Position numbers and translations under genes: made by a program. DNA of 44,731 nt, taken from Haemophilus sp. (GTDB lineage Bacteria; Pseudomonadota; Gammaproteobacteria; Enterobacterales; Pasteurellaceae). The DNA is taken from positions 2,220-46,950 of the forward strand of contig JABZOY010000001.1 of assembly GCA_015255025.1 (NCBI GenBank). Direction: 5' to 3'. Below, piece after piece: positions 10,478 to 22,459 of the stretch (position 1 is the stretch's first letter; every line of letters begins with the position of its first letter). The notes beneath the pieces were generated by a model that saw only the letters and a program-made list of their open reading frames with translations, had not been told where the DNA came from and made no database searches.

Positions 10478-11566
10478 ATGTTGTGCGTAAATGTTGAATT
10501 AAAAGAACGTCGTTATCCTATTTATATTGGCGAAGGGTTACTTAAAGATGAAACCTGTTATCCGCTGAAGAAAGGGGATAAAGTGATGATTGTGACTAAT
10601 CCAACCGTCGCACAATATTATCTTGAGCCCGTTACAGAAACGTTAGAAAAAATAGGTTGTCAGGTTGAATCGGTATTATTGCCTGATGGCGAAAAATATA
10701 AAACGCTCGAGTCTTTAAACCTCATTTTTACCGCACTTTTAAAGCATAATCATGGGCGAGATACCACGATTGTTGCATTAGGTGGTGGCGTGATTGGTGA
10801 TGTAGCAGGTTTTGCTGCAGCAAGTTATCAGCGTGGTGTGCGTTTTATTCAAATTCCTACCACATTATTAGCCCAAGTGGATTCTTCTGTTGGTGGCAAA
10901 ACTGCCGTTAATCATGAGTTAGGCAAAAATATGATTGGGGCGTTTTATCAACCTTCTACGGTGATCATTGACACCCTTACACTCAATACCTTGCCAAAAC
11001 GTGAAGTGAATGCGGGACTTGCGGAAGTCATTAAATATGGGGCGATTTTAGATTATGCCTTTTTCGAATGGCTTGAAGCACATATTGATGAATTAGTCGC
11101 GTTAAATCAACAGTCACTGCAGCATTGCATTGCGCGTTGTTGCCAAATCAAAGCGGATGTTGTTGCGCGCGATGAAACCGAAAAAGGTGATCGAGCATTA
11201 CTAAATCTCGGTCATACTTTTGGACATGCGATCGAAACACATTTAGGCTATGGGAACTGGTTACATGGTGAAGCTGTTGCAGCTGGAACTATGATGGCCG
11301 CTGTGTTATCTGAACAATTAGGCGATCTTTCTTTTGAAGATGTTGCACGTTTAGAAAAACTTTTAGCGCGTGCTAATTTGCCGACTGTTTCGCCTGATAC
11401 CATGCAGCCAGACGATTATTTACCGCACATGATGCGAGATAAAAAAGTGTTGGCAGGCAAGTTGCGTCTTGTGTTGCTAAAAGCGCTTGGTCAAGCCCAC
11501 GTGGCGACTGATACTGACAAATCTCTTGTGCTAAACGCGATTGAGCGTTGCACACAACATGACTAA
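10478..11566 (+). CDS. aroB: 3-dehydroquinate synthase
   Basis: [27 protein letters not shown]. Confidence 0.97.
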   Translation: MLCVNVELKERRYPIYIGEGLLKDETCYPLKKGDKVMIVTNPTVAQYYLEPVTETLEKIGCQVESVLLPDGEKYKTLESLNLIFTALLKHNHGRDTTIVALGGGVIGDVAGFAAASYQRGVRFIQIPTTLLAQVDSSVGGKTAVNHELGKNMIGAFYQPSTVIIDTLTLNTLPKREVNAGLAEVIKYGAILDYAFFEWLEAHIDELVALNQQSLQHCIARCCQIKADVVARDETEKGDRALLNLGHTFGHAIETHLGYGNWLHGEAVAAGTMMAAVLSEQLGDLSFEDVARLEKLLARANLPTVSPDTMQPDDYLPHMMRDKKVLAGKLRLVLLKALGQAHVATDTDKSLVLNAIERCTQHD

Positions 11567-11580
11567 CTGTCATTGCTCTC

Positions 11581-12435
11581 ATGTTGCGTCCAAAAAATAA
11601 CAAAACGAAACCTCGAATTAAACACCGCCCGTTTTTAAAATGGGCGGGCGGTAAATTTCGTTTAACGGACGATCTCAATCGTGTCTTTCCAAAAAGAAAA
11701 CAATGCTTAATCGAGCCTTTTGTGGGGGCGGGTGCTGTTTTTTTGAATTCCCATTTTGAACGTTATATTTTGGCGGATATTAATCCTGATTTAATTAACT
11801 TGTTTAATATCGTCAAAGAAAATGTAGATGCCTATATTGAGGCTTGTAAGCCAATTTTCTTCGCTGAGAATGCGAATACAGCCGACTATTATTACGCACA
11901 GCGAGATGCCTTTAATCAATCAACCGATCCTTTCGTGCGTTCGGTGTTGTTCCTTTATTTGAACCGTTTTGGGTTTAACGGCTTGTGCCGTTATAACAGT
12001 AAAAATGAGTTCAATGTGCCCTTTGGCGCTTATAAAACTCATTATTTCCCAGAAGATGAATTACGCTATTTCGCCCATAAAGCGCAAAGTGCGGTCTTTT
12101 TATGTGCCGATTTTCAACAAACGTTTGAATTAGCGGATAAACACAGCGTGATCTATTGTGATCCGCCTTATGCACCGCTTGCGCAAGATACCAATTTTAC
12201 TGGATATGCAGGGAATGCTTTTGGACTTGAACATCAAAAGAATTTAGCAGAATGCGCCAAAAAAGCACAAAAAGAAAAGCAAATTTCTGTTGTGATTTCT
12301 AACCACGATACGAAATTTACGCGTGAGATTTATAAAGGGGCAAAATTTAAACGCGTTAAAGTACAGCGCTCGATCAGTCAATCTTCAGAAAAACGAGTTA
12401 AAGTAAAAGAATTAATCGCCATCTTTAAAGGTTAG
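11581..12435 (+). CDS. dam: DNA adenine methylase (GATC)
   Basis: KWAGGK, EPFVGAG, YCDPPY; aroKB synteny. Confidence 0.95.
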   Translation: MLRPKNNKTKPRIKHRPFLKWAGGKFRLTDDLNRVFPKRKQCLIEPFVGAGAVFLNSHFERYILADINPDLINLFNIVKENVDAYIEACKPIFFAENANTADYYYAQRDAFNQSTDPFVRSVLFLYLNRFGFNGLCRYNSKNEFNVPFGAYKTHYFPEDELRYFAHKAQSAVFLCADFQQTFELADKHSVIYCDPPYAPLAQDTNFTGYAGNAFGLEHQKNLAECAKKAQKEKQISVVISNHDTKFTREIYKGAKFKRVKVQRSISQSSEKRVKVKELIAIFKG

Positions 12436-12436
12436 C

Positions 12437-12757
12437 TTAGCAGGTTAATTCAGGATTAATTTTAATCTCAAAGCCTTTTACTTCGGGATAGGTAGGTTGA
12501 ATTGCCGCGAGTAATTCGCTTTGGCGAAATAAAATCCCTTGGCGAACGACCGCACTTTTGACTTCGATAAAGAGTTTCCCATCCGTAATGGCACCTAAAC
12601 GAAAAAGCCCTTTGAATTCTTGTGGGAAAAGGCGACTAATGTTTTGGTTCAGTTCATTCAATATTAACCCTTTCTGCATGATTTTGGCAAATTGTGATCC
12701 TTCTAGCACATCAATAATATTCATGGCTTTTTGATAACGCTCATGCTTGTTTTCCAC
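12437..12757 (-). CDS. dciA: DciA / DUF721 family replicative helicase loader (GTG start)
   Basis: Small protein with 'GKLFIEVKSAVVRQGILFRQSELL...FEIKINP' KH-like pattern; divergent from secM-secA as in other gammaproteobacteria. Confidence 0.7.
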   Translation of the reverse strand: MENKHERYQKAMNIIDVLEGSQFAKIMQKGLILNELNQNISRLFPQEFKGLFRLGAITDGKLFIEVKSAVVRQGILFRQSELLAAIQPTYPEVKGFEIKINPELTC

Positions 12758-12829
12758 AAAAATACCCCAATAATGACTTTACGTTGAATTTCCGATACAA
12801 TACACACAAATTTTGTCAGAGACAATAAG

Positions 12830-13147
12830 ATGATGAAATCAAACAAAGGTAAAACAAATTTCTGGTCGCAGTTGCTGTTAAGCATGATTGCGATTTTTGC
12901 TTTACCTGTCGCTCAGGGATTAGAAGCACCGCCTTCATCAAATATGAGTGGCGAAAATTACCAAACATCATCTGAACAATATATGTTGATTGCAGTGCGT
13001 GAAATTCGTCAAGCATTGCAGGTTCAACCTCAGCCAACAAATCACAAAACCCATTCCAATCAAAAACACGAAAAAATTCAACCGCACTTTATCGCGGCAG
13101 AGTTTCCTGTTTTTGCCCCTATTCGGGCCGGTCCTGCTATTATTTAA
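12830..13147 (+). CDS. secM: Secretion monitor SecM
   Basis: Signal-like N-terminus, C-terminal arrest motif APIRAGP, directly upstream of secA. Confidence 0.9.
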   Translation: MMKSNKGKTNFWSQLLLSMIAIFALPVAQGLEAPPSSNMSGENYQTSSEQYMLIAVREIRQALQVQPQPTNHKTHSNQKHEKIQPHFIAAEFPVFAPIRAGPAII

Positions 13148-13220
13148 TTTTCTTTTATCTTTAAACGAACCGATTTTTTAATCGGATGATCCTTTTTATT
13201 TTTTATTTGAAAGAGAAATT

Positions 13221-15917
13221 ATGAGTTTTTTAACAAAAATTTTTGGCAGCCGTAACGAACGTATTTTACGCAGATTAAGAAAACAAGTTGCGAAAATCAA
13301 CAAAATGGAGCCAGCTTTTGAAGCATTAAGTGATGATGAATTAAGAGCAAAAACAGAAGAATTCCGCAGTCGTTTAGCTAATGGTGAAACTTTACAACAA
13401 CTTTTACCTGAAGCTTTTGCTACCGTGCGTGAAGCGGGTAAACGTGTACTTGGTATGCGCCATTTCGATGTGCAATTAATCGGTGGTATGGTGCTAACAA
13501 ACCGTTGTATCGCAGAGATGCGTACGGGTGAAGGTAAAACCTTAACCGCAACCTTGCCTTGTTATTTGATGGCGTTGGAAGGTAAAGGTGTACACGTTGT
13601 AACCGTGAATGATTACTTAGCACGTCGTGACGCGGAAACTAACCGCCCATTATTTGAATTCTTAGGTATGACTGTTGGGGTGAATATCCCTGGTTTACCG
13701 CCTGAAGCAAAACGTGAAGCTTATGCGGCAGATATTACATATGCCACAAACAGCGAGCTAGGTTTTGATTACCTTCGTGATAACTTAGCGCATTCCAAAG
13801 AAGAGCGTTTCCAACGTCATTTAGGCTATGCCTTAGTGGATGAAGTGGACTCTATCTTAATTGATGAAGCACGTACGCCGTTGATTATTTCAGGTCAAGC
13901 GGAAGACAGCTCTGAGCTTTATATTGCGGTAAATAAATTAATTCCGAATTTAATTAAGCAAGAAAAAGAAGATACGGAAGAATATACCGGTGAAGGCGAC
14001 TACACCTTAGATCTTAAAACCAAACAAGCGTATTTGACTGAACGTGGTCAAGAAAAAGTTGAAAATTGGTTAATTGAACAAGGTTTAATGCCAGAAGGTG
14101 ATTCTCTTTATTCACCAGCGCGCATTGTATTGCTACACCATGTTATGGCAGCGTTACGTGCGAATACTTTATTTGAGCGCGATGTAGACTATATCGTGAA
14201 AGATGGTGAGATCGTGATCGTCGATGAACATACTGGTCGTACTATGGCGGGTCGTCGTTGGTCTGATGGTTTACACCAAGCAATCGAAGCAAAAGAAGGC
14301 GTAGAAATTAAGAGTGAAAACCAAACTGTTGCGTCGATTTCTTACCAAAACTACTTCCGTCTTTATGACAAATTAGCGGGTATGACTGGTACAGCAGATA
14401 CCGAAGCCTTTGAATTCCAACAAATTTATGGTTTGGAAACTGTCGTTATCCCAACCAATCGTCCAATGATTCGTGATGATCGTACGGACGTCATGTTTGA
14501 GAATGAAGAATACAAATTCAATGCAATTATTGAAGATATCAAAGACTGTGTCGCTCGCAATCAACCAGTTCTTGTCGGTACCGTATCAGTTGAAAAATCT
14601 GAAATGCTTTCTCAAGCGTTAGATAAAGCGGGTATCAAACACAACGTATTGAATGCAAAATTCCACGCACAAGAAGCGGAAATTGTTGCGGAAGCAGGGG
14701 CGCCAGGTGCAGTAACCATTGCAACTAACATGGCGGGTCGTGGTACCGATATTATCCTCGGTGGTAACTGGAAAGCAAAAGCTGCAAAATTAGAGAACCC
14801 AACTCCAGAGCAAATTGAGGCACTTAAAGCTGAGTGGGAGAAAAATCACGAGATCGTGATGCAAGCTGGTGGCTTACACATTATCGGGACAGAACGTCAT
14901 GAATCACGCCGTATTGATAACCAGTTGCGTGGTCGTTCAGGTCGTCAAGGTGACCCAGGTTCTTCACGTTTCTACCTTTCTTTGGAAGATGGCTTAATGC
15001 GTATTTATCTGAATGAAGGTAAATTAAATATGATGCGTAAAGCCTTCACCCAACCAGGTGAAGCGATGGAGTCTAAACTTCTCGCTAAAGTGATTGCATC
15101 GGCGCAAGCGAAAGTAGAAGCCTTCCACTTTGATGGTCGTAAAAACTTGCTTGAATATGATGATGTGGCTAATGACCAACGTCATGCGATTTACGAACAA
15201 CGTAATTACTTGCTCGATAACGATGATATTTCAGAGACTATCAAAGCAATTCGCAGCGATGTATTTAATGATGTGATTGACCAATATATTCCGCCACAAT
15301 CATTGGAAGAACAATGGGATATTAAAGGCTTAGAAGAGCGTTTAGCGCAAGAGTTTGGTCTTGAGTTACCAATTGAACATTGGTTGGAAGAAAATAACAA
15401 TCTTCATGAAGAAAACTTGCGTGAGCGCATTATTCAAGAAGCCGAAGATGAATACAAAGCGAAAGAAGCGCTTGCGGGTGAAGAAACCATGCGTCATTTC
15501 GAAAAAGGTGTGATGTTACAAACTCTTGATGAGCTTTGGAAGGAGCACTTGGCGGCAATGGATTATTTACGTCAAGGTATCCATTTACGCGGTTATGCGC
15601 AAAAAGATCCAAAACAAGAGTACAAAAAAGAATCTTTCCGTATGTTTACTGAAATGTTGGATTCTTTAAAACATCATGTGATTACGACACTTACTCGAGT
15701 GAAAGTCCGTACACAGGAAGATATTGAAGAAGCGGAACGTGCACGTCAGGAAATGGCTGAACGTGAAGCATTAACTCATCAACCTGTAGATGAAAATACA
15801 GAGCAAGCTCAAAGTGAGGACTATTCTGATCGTCATATTGGACGTAATGAACCTTGTCCTTGTGGGTCAGGTAAAAAATACAAGCATTGTCACGGCAGTA
15901 AAGCCCGATATGCTTAG
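13221..15917 (+). CDS. secA: Preprotein translocase ATPase SecA
   Basis: [21 protein letters not shown]-terminal [13 protein letters not shown]. Confidence 0.99.
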   Translation: MSFLTKIFGSRNERILRRLRKQVAKINKMEPAFEALSDDELRAKTEEFRSRLANGETLQQLLPEAFATVREAGKRVLGMRHFDVQLIGGMVLTNRCIAEMRTGEGKTLTATLPCYLMALEGKGVHVVTVNDYLARRDAETNRPLFEFLGMTVGVNIPGLPPEAKREAYAADITYATNSELGFDYLRDNLAHSKEERFQRHLGYALVDEVDSILIDEARTPLIISGQAEDSSELYIAVNKLIPNLIKQEKEDTEEYTGEGDYTLDLKTKQAYLTERGQEKVENWLIEQGLMPEGDSLYSPARIVLLHHVMAALRANTLFERDVDYIVKDGEIVIVDEHTGRTMAGRRWSDGLHQAIEAKEGVEIKSENQTVASISYQNYFRLYDKLAGMTGTADTEAFEFQQIYGLETVVIPTNRPMIRDDRTDVMFENEEYKFNAIIEDIKDCVARNQPVLVGTVSVEKSEMLSQALDKAGIKHNVLNAKFHAQEAEIVAEAGAPGAVTIATNMAGRGTDIILGGNWKAKAAKLENPTPEQIEALKAEWEKNHEIVMQAGGLHIIGTERHESRRIDNQLRGRSGRQGDPGSSRFYLSLEDGLMRIYLNEGKLNMMRKAFTQPGEAMESKLLAKVIASAQAKVEAFHFDGRKNLLEYDDVANDQRHAIYEQRNYLLDNDDISETIKAIRSDVFNDVIDQYIPPQSLEEQWDIKGLEERLAQEFGLELPIEHWLEENNNLHEENLRERIIQEAEDEYKAKEALAGEETMRHFEKGVMLQTLDELWKEHLAAMDYLRQGIHLRGYAQKDPKQEYKKESFRMFTEMLDSLKHHVITTLTRVKVRTQEDIEEAERARQEMAEREALTHQPVDENTEQAQSEDYSDRHIGRNEPCPCGSGKKYKHCHGSKARYA

Positions 15918-16003
15918 TTAAGGTAAAGAGCGGTTAAATTTTTGCGTGTTTAAAACACCGCTAAAAATGACCGCTCTTTCTACTTTCGAGATAAGGAAAA
16001 ACG

Positions 16004-16408
16004 ATGAGTAAGCCTATCATTCAAGTTGCGGCAGGGATTATTCGTAATGAATTTGGGCAGCTATATTTGACCCAGCGTTTAGAAGGGCAAGATTTTGCAC
16101 AGGCATTGGAATTTCCAGGTGGCAAAGTTGATGCAGGTGAAACCCCTGAAGAAGCCTTAAAAAGAGAATTGGAAGAAGAGATTGGCATTCATATTTTAAA
16201 TGCTGAGCTGTACGAACGTTTTCAATTTGAATATCCAACCAAAATTTTAGATTTTAGTTTTTATCTGGTCACAGAATGGATTGGTGAGCCGTTTGGTCGA
16301 GAAGGACAAGAAGGTTTTTGGCTTGAACAAAGTGAGCTTGATGCAGGGCAATTCCCACCAGCCAATTTAAAGCTGATTCAGCGTTTAGTGGCTGAAAGTG
16401 TCAAATAA
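16004..16408 (+). CDS. mutT: 8-oxo-dGTP diphosphatase
   Basis: Nudix box GGKVDAGETPEEALKRELEEEIG; secA-mutT synteny. Confidence 0.93.
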   Translation: MSKPIIQVAAGIIRNEFGQLYLTQRLEGQDFAQALEFPGGKVDAGETPEEALKRELEEEIGIHILNAELYERFQFEYPTKILDFSFYLVTEWIGEPFGREGQEGFWLEQSELDAGQFPPANLKLIQRLVAESVK

Positions 16409-16430
16409 CATTTAATCAAATTTATTTATT

Positions 16431-18095
16431 ATGATTCCAAGTATTTTTCTGAGTTTATTTTTTATTGCGACGGTGATTTTTATCGTCAATTCGCATTATC
16501 GTTGGACATATTTTTTTGCGATTGCATTATTCGTCTTATTGTTTAGTTCAATGTTTGCGATAACAGGTCAATGGCAACGCGGATTGAATTTTGCGTCCGT
16601 ACTTTTTGTGGTATTGATGTTATTCCATCGAATGAAAATTCATTACTACAAACAACCTTTACTCATTTCAGATTTTTGGCTTGTGACAGACTGGCGAAAT
16701 TGGGAAACCCTCTTACATTATAAAGGGGCCATTTTCGGTGTGTTGGGGTTATTAGGTCTGCTGGGTTATGCTATCTTTGGCTGGTCAGATGTTGAAACAG
16801 CATCTACTGGATTTCGCGTATTTGCAGCAATACTCGCTGCAACGAGCTTTGGTTTAATGTGGCATTATTCTAAAGATCCAGATGCGACAAAAGTCTGGCT
16901 GGATTCATTGCCGGATGATGGTCGAGATGTATTCTTAAATCTGCCTATGTCTTGTCGTGGCGTATTCTTTAAAGTGCCAGAATTTGAAGGTAATAGCCAA
17001 AAATTTAAAGAAAAAATGACCGCACTTTTAAGTGAAAAGACGGAGAGTAAAACTGAAAGTGCAGAAAAGCCTGATATTGTGGTGTGTCTACAAGAATCAA
17101 CCTTGAATCCTCATCAATTTGATTTTGATGCAGAAACCATCCCGCCATTTTCAATGTTTAATAAGCAAGACGATACCGCATTTGTGAGTCCATTGCGTGT
17201 GCATACAGTGGGCGGTGCAACGTGGAAATCTGAATTTGCTTTTCTTGCAGGGGTGCCTTCAACCGATTTTGGTGCTTTAGCAAGTGGGGTGTTTTATTCG
17301 GTTGTGCCACACTTACAGACAGGGTTTATTAAAAACCTTCGTGAGCAAGGTTATTTTTGCGTGGCGTTATCGCCTTTTACGAAAGGTAACTACAACGCAA
17401 AACCTGCCTATGACCACTTTGGTTTTGATTTGATGTTGCAACCACAAGATTTAGGCTATCCTGCATCAATCAGCAAAAATCTCTGGCATATTAGCAGTGA
17501 AGAGATGATGTACTACACCAAGCTGATTCTGCAGAAACAGCATCCATCATTGGAAAATGTGAAACAGCCCATGTTTGTCTATGTGCTAACCATGAAAGAG
17601 CATGGCCCTTACAACACGAACATGCCAAATCATTTTAATTTGGCGAGTAAGCGTTTAGGGGGAAAAGCGATTTCCTGCCTAAATGATTATATTGATCGCA
17701 TTGCTAGCCTTAATGAGGCGATTGAAGGTTTGAATGATTATTTGAAAGCACGTGAAACACCTTATGTATTCGGTTATTTTGGTGATCATCAGGTCGCTTT
17801 TGATAATCAGCTTCCACCGAAAAAAGGTAACTTTGCGAACCCGGATTATGTGACTCAATTTGTCGTTAGAACTAATCGTAAGACTGATTTTGTTCAACAA
17901 CAAGATTTCTTAGATTTAGCCTTTGTTGGGGGCGTATTACTTGATGTGGCAGGTTTATCACCTAAAGATGACTTTATGCAAGCAAATATTGCGATGCGTC
18001 AGCTAAGCCAAGGTAAGCTCGAAGATGCAGAGGATGTGGATTTAGTGAATAGCTATCGAAATTATCTGTATCAAGATTTAAAAATTGCGCAATAA
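16431..18095 (+). CDS. LTA-synthase / sulfatase-like membrane phospho-transferase (alkaline phosphatase superfamily)
   Basis: About 4-5 N-terminal TM helices, then QEST, GGATWKSEF (candidate catalytic Thr), EHGPY, FGDHQ metal-binding motifs. Confidence 0.8.
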   Translation: MIPSIFLSLFFIATVIFIVNSHYRWTYFFAIALFVLLFSSMFAITGQWQRGLNFASVLFVVLMLFHRMKIHYYKQPLLISDFWLVTDWRNWETLLHYKGAIFGVLGLLGLLGYAIFGWSDVETASTGFRVFAAILAATSFGLMWHYSKDPDATKVWLDSLPDDGRDVFLNLPMSCRGVFFKVPEFEGNSQKFKEKMTALLSEKTESKTESAEKPDIVVCLQESTLNPHQFDFDAETIPPFSMFNKQDDTAFVSPLRVHTVGGATWKSEFAFLAGVPSTDFGALASGVFYSVVPHLQTGFIKNLREQGYFCVALSPFTKGNYNAKPAYDHFGFDLMLQPQDLGYPASISKNLWHISSEEMMYYTKLILQKQHPSLENVKQPMFVYVLTMKEHGPYNTNMPNHFNLASKRLGGKAISCLNDYIDRIASLNEAIEGLNDYLKARETPYVFGYFGDHQVAFDNQLPPKKGNFANPDYVTQFVVRTNRKTDFVQQQDFLDLAFVGGVLLDVAGLSPKDDFMQANIAMRQLSQGKLEDAEDVDLVNSYRNYLYQDLKIAQ

Positions 18096-18096
18096 T

Positions 18097-18126
18097 AAAA
18101 AATCTCGGTTAACGCCGAGATTTTTT
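18097..18126. terminator. Bidirectional terminator between convergent genes
   Basis: aaaaaatctcgg-ttaacg-ccgagatttttt. Confidence 0.8.
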
Positions 18127-19162
18127 ATAAACAAAATTTAACCGATAAGTCTGTCAATTTTACCCACACGTCTTGACCATATTCTTGCTTGGTTGTACGC
18201 TCAATATCTGCCAATTCTTGCAATATTTCAAAGAGCTTTTGATAGGTGAGTCGTTGTATCGCTGCAGTATAAAGATGACGACGATTCTGCCAAATTTTGA
18301 GGCGGTCAAAATCCGCTTTGAGTGTCTGTGTTGGCAAACTTGTTTGAAGAGATGGATTGCGCAGCTGTGGTTTTGTTAATTCTAACAAGGTGAGTAGTTC
18401 ACGCTGCAAAGTACGCAATAAAATGACAGGTTGCACATCTTCAGCTTGTAAACCTCGCAAAATCCGCTTTGAACGATTTGCCTTGCCTGCTAACAATGCA
18501 TCAATCCATTGGAAAGGGGTAAAAACAGAAGATTGCTCTACGACGGATTTTACGCGGTTATACGTGAGTTTGTGATCAGGATAAAGCAAATCTAAAAGCT
18601 GTAATGCTTGTTTCAATGCCAGTAGATTATTTTCATAGCTATAACAAAGCAGTTGAACGGCTTCCTCATCAGCTGATAATCCCATGTTTTTTGTACGATG
18701 CTTAACCCAACGAGAAAGCTGTTCTGAATTTGGTGTTTGGCAGTTAACAATAACAGCTTGTGGCTCAAGTTGATTTGCTTGAATAAACCACTCTTGTTTT
18801 TCGGCTGCTTTAGACAATTTAGGCAAGGTGAGAACAAGCAAGCTATCTTCATTTAATCCACTAATAAATTGCTGAAGGTTTTTCTGCAAAAGTGCGGTCA
18901 AATTTTCGGGTAAATTGAGAATGAAAATTTGCTTATTAAAGAAGAGCCCCATAGATTGGCTAGCCTCAATTAATGTAGGCCAGTCAGTATTAGTATCTAT
19001 GGTGATTTGATTTTTTTCGTCAAAACCTTGAAGAAGGGCGGCTTGGTGAATGAGGTCTTCACTTTCACTGAGCAACAGGGGATCTGCCCCAATCAAAAAA
19101 TAGACTTTCGCTAAATGGCTGTTCAGGTTAGAGGCCAGTTGCTCAGGAAAAATGCGGTTCAT
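18125..19162 (-). CDS. holA: DNA polymerase III delta subunit
   Basis: GADPLLLSES, SQSMGLF, YENNLLAL, FTPFQWIDALL; leuS-lptE-holA synteny. Confidence 0.95.
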   Translation of the reverse strand: MNRIFPEQLASNLNSHLAKVYFLIGADPLLLSESEDLIHQAALLQGFDEKNQITIDTNTDWPTLIEASQSMGLFFNKQIFILNLPENLTALLQKNLQQFISGLNEDSLLVLTLPKLSKAAEKQEWFIQANQLEPQAVIVNCQTPNSEQLSRWVKHRTKNMGLSADEEAVQLLCYSYENNLLALKQALQLLDLLYPDHKLTYNRVKSVVEQSSVFTPFQWIDALLAGKANRSKRILRGLQAEDVQPVILLRTLQRELLTLLELTKPQLRNPSLQTSLPTQTLKADFDRLKIWQNRRHLYTAAIQRLTYQKLFEILQELADIERTTKQEYGQDVWVKLTDLSVKFCL

Positions 19163-19665
19163 TATTTTCCTTGAACTTGATGTTGCAAGGCGGCCATTTT
19201 ATTAATTAATTGGCGAGCCGCTTGTTCACGCATATCATTCCAAATCACATCGCGCTCAGCTGATTTTGCTAATGCAGCACGTGAGTTATCAAAGAAAGTG
19301 CGGTTGATTTTTGCAGAGATTGGATAGGTTTCTCCGTTAGCCAAGCGTACACTTGCTTCAACATCAAGGGTCAGTACTTTTTCTGCTTCACGACCTTGTT
19401 TAAAGACTGATGCGACTTTGTCGCTTGAAGTCTGTTTATTTAAACGCAACACTGGCACCCCTTGTTTTGCAGGCACAAGGTTTACGTTGTTGCTAAGCAG
19501 TTGCTTACGCATAGCCATAGACATTTCACTGTATGGGTCGCTACTTTCAAGAGCCATTGTTTTTAATTCTGCAGGAACAGCCGCACCATTATCGAAGTGC
19601 CAACCACAAGCAGTTAAAAAGGCTGTTGCCCCAACAAAGCAGATCGTTTTGATTGATTTCATCAT
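19162..19665 (-). CDS. lptE: LPS assembly lipoprotein LptE (RlpB)
   Basis: Lipobox LTAC followed by [13 protein letters not shown]; synteny. Confidence 0.93.
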   Translation of the reverse strand: MMKSIKTICFVGATAFLTACGWHFDNGAAVPAELKTMALESSDPYSEMSMAMRKQLLSNNVNLVPAKQGVPVLRLNKQTSSDKVASVFKQGREAEKVLTLDVEASVRLANGETYPISAKINRTFFDNSRAALAKSAERDVIWNDMREQAARQLINKMAALQHQVQGK

Positions 19666-19752
19666 AAAAATTACCTGTAAAATTCACCGCACTTTATTTT
19701 GTTTAAGAGTCGTTTATGCAACGCTTGGAATAAAATGCGGTTATTTTATGGA

Positions 19753-22341
19753 TTATTGCGGTTTAACCACCACATTTAACAATTTACCTGGTACATAAAT
19801 CACTTTCACGATTTGTGTATTGTCAGTAAATTTCTTCACATTTTCATCTGCAAATGCAACAGTTTTCACGGTTTCTTCACCCGCATCAGCAGCAACGGTG
19901 ACTTTACCACGAACTTTACCGTTGACTTGAACCACGATAAGTTTTTCATCTTCGACCATCGCTGCTTCGTCAGCTTTCACCCATTCGGCATGATCAATGT
20001 TACTTTCGTTGCCTAAGGCTTTCCATAATTCAAAGCAGATATGTGGTGTGATTGGGTAAAGCATACGTACGACTGCGCTTAATGCTTCTGCCATAACAGC
20101 GCGATCTTGTTCACTTTCTAATGGCGCGCGGGTTAATTTATTCATTAACTCCATTACTGCCGCGATAGCGGTATTGAACGTTTGACGACGACCAATGTCA
20201 TCGCTCACTTTGGCGATCGTTTTATGCACATCACGGCGAAGTGCTTTTTGGTCTGCAGAAAGTGCGGTCACATCTAAAGCGGTTTTTGCAGGATTTTGAC
20301 TGTATTCATACACCAAATTCCATACACGACCTAAGAAACGTTTTGCCCCTTCTACACCGGATTCTTGCCATTCAAGTGTCATTTCTGCAGGAGATGCGAA
20401 CATCATGAAGAGACGCACAGTATCTGCACCGTATTTTTCCACCATCTCTTGTGGGTCGATACCGTTGTTTTTGGATTTCGACATTTTGGTCATACCGGTA
20501 TGCACCAATTCACGGCCTTCCGGATCGGTGGCTTTGATGATACGACCTTTTTCATCACGCTCAAGAGTCACTTGCGTTGGGCTGACCCAAATACGCTCGT
20601 TGGTTGGACTGGTGTAGTAGAACGCATCGGCTAACACCATGCCTTGGCATAATAATTTTTGTGCTGGCTCATCGCTCGTTACGAAACCTGCATCACGCAA
20701 TAATTTATGGAAGAAACGGAAGTAGAGCAAGTGCATGGTCGCGTGCTCGATACCGCCGATATATTGATCCACGGGTAACCAGTAATTCGCTTCATCTTTA
20801 TCCAACATGCCTTCAGCATAGCTTGGTGAGGTGTAGCGTGCGTAGTACCAAGACGATTCCATAAAGGTATCAAAGGTATCGGTTTCTTTTAATGCAGGTT
20901 CACCGTTGAAAGTGGTTTTTGCCCAGTTTGGATCGGCTTTAATTGGGCTTTTCACGCCATCCATGACCACATCTTCCGGCAGAATAATCGGTAAATCTTC
21001 AATTGGGGCTGGTACGGTTTCACCGTTTGCTAAGGTGAGCATTGGAATTGGTGCACCCCAATAACGTTGACGGGAAACGCCCCAGTCACGTAAACGATAA
21101 TTAACTTGGCGTTTACCTACGCCTAATTTTTCTAATTTGTCCGCAATACCGTTGAATGCAGCATCAAAATCCAAACCATCAAACTCAGCAGAGTTCACTA
21201 ATTTACCGTGTTCAACGAAAGCTTGTTTGGTTAAATCAATTTCTTCATCGGCAAGCGGTGCGATTACTTGTTTAATTGGCAAGCCATATTTTTGAGCAAA
21301 TTCAAAGTCGCGTTGGTCGTGCGCTGGAACCGCCATTACCGCGCCAGTACCATAGTGCATTAACACAAAGTTAGCGACCCAAATCGGTAATTTTTCACCG
21401 GTTAATGGATGAATGGCGAATAATCCGGTTGCCATCCCTTTTTTCTCCATAGTGGCAAGGTCTGCTTCTGCCACTTTGGCATTTTTTGCTTCACGGATGA
21501 ATTCAGCCAATTGAGGATTTTTTTCTGCTGCCAATTCTGCTAATGGGTGAGCAGCTGCGATACCTAAATAGCTCACACCATAGAAAGTATCAGGACGGGT
21601 CGTATAAACCGCAACTTTTTCTGTGGTATCCGCTACATCAAACGTAATTTCCACCCCTTCAGAACGGCCGATCCAGTTACGTTGCATGGTTTTAACCATG
21701 TCTGGCCATTGTGGTAGTTGGTCTAATCCACCTAATAATTGTTCTGCATAGTCGGTGATTTTAATAAACCATTGTGGGATTTCTTTTTGTTCTACCGGAG
21801 TATCACAACGCCAGCAGCAACCTTCGTGCACCTGTTCGTTAGCCAATACGGTTTCATCGTTCGGACACCAGTTTACAGTGGAGGTTTTTTTGTATACTAA
21901 GCCTTTTTTGTAAAGCTCGGTGAAGAACCATTGTTCCCATTTATAGTATTCCGGACGGCAAGTCGCAATTTCGCGATCCCAGTCATAACCAAAGCCCAAC
22001 ATTTTGAGCTGGTTTTTCATGTATTTGATGTTTTCGTAAGTCCATTTTGCCGGTGCGGTTTTATTTTTAATCGCAGCACCTTCTGCTGGCAAACCGAATG
22101 CATCCCAACCAATTGGCTGTAAGACGTTTTTGCCATTCATACGTTGATAACGAGAAACTACATCACCGATGGTGTAGTTACGTACATGACCCATATGTAA
22201 ACGACCAGATGGGTAAGGGAACATTGAAAGACAGTAATATTTTTCTTTAGATGTATCTTTGATGGCTTTGAAGACTTTATTTTCAGCCCAATATTGTTGA
22301 ACAGCGGGTTCAATCAAATCAGGACGGTAATGTTGTTGCAT
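19753..22341 (-). CDS. leuS: Leucine-tRNA ligase
   Basis: [11 protein letters not shown] and KMSKS class I motifs. Confidence 0.99.
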   Translation of the reverse strand: MQQHYRPDLIEPAVQQYWAENKVFKAIKDTSKEKYYCLSMFPYPSGRLHMGHVRNYTIGDVVSRYQRMNGKNVLQPIGWDAFGLPAEGAAIKNKTAPAKWTYENIKYMKNQLKMLGFGYDWDREIATCRPEYYKWEQWFFTELYKKGLVYKKTSTVNWCPNDETVLANEQVHEGCCWRCDTPVEQKEIPQWFIKITDYAEQLLGGLDQLPQWPDMVKTMQRNWIGRSEGVEITFDVADTTEKVAVYTTRPDTFYGVSYLGIAAAHPLAELAAEKNPQLAEFIREAKNAKVAEADLATMEKKGMATGLFAIHPLTGEKLPIWVANFVLMHYGTGAVMAVPAHDQRDFEFAQKYGLPIKQVIAPLADEEIDLTKQAFVEHGKLVNSAEFDGLDFDAAFNGIADKLEKLGVGKRQVNYRLRDWGVSRQRYWGAPIPMLTLANGETVPAPIEDLPIILPEDVVMDGVKSPIKADPNWAKTTFNGEPALKETDTFDTFMESSWYYARYTSPSYAEGMLDKDEANYWLPVDQYIGGIEHATMHLLYFRFFHKLLRDAGFVTSDEPAQKLLCQGMVLADAFYYTSPTNERIWVSPTQVTLERDEKGRIIKATDPEGRELVHTGMTKMSKSKNNGIDPQEMVEKYGADTVRLFMMFASPAEMTLEWQESGVEGAKRFLGRVWNLVYEYSQNPAKTALDVTALSADQKALRRDVHKTIAKVSDDIGRRQTFNTAIAAVMELMNKLTRAPLESEQDRAVMAEALSAVVRMLYPITPHICFELWKALGNESNIDHAEWVKADEAAMVEDEKLIVVQVNGKVRGKVTVAADAGEETVKTVAFADENVKKFTDNTQIVKVIYVPGKLLNVVVKPQ

Positions 22342-22459
22342 AGAAAATCACCTTAAATTTTGACCGCACTTTGCGGCATATTTTGCTTTATAAAATGTGG
22401 TATAGGATAGCGTAAAACGGGGAAAATTGGTAGAAAGTGCGGTGATTTTTTTACTGATT

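Noticed and set aside
11581..12435. Methyltransferase as part of a restriction-modification or defence system
   Set aside because: It is the housekeeping Dam in the conserved aroK-aroB context, with no nuclease nearby
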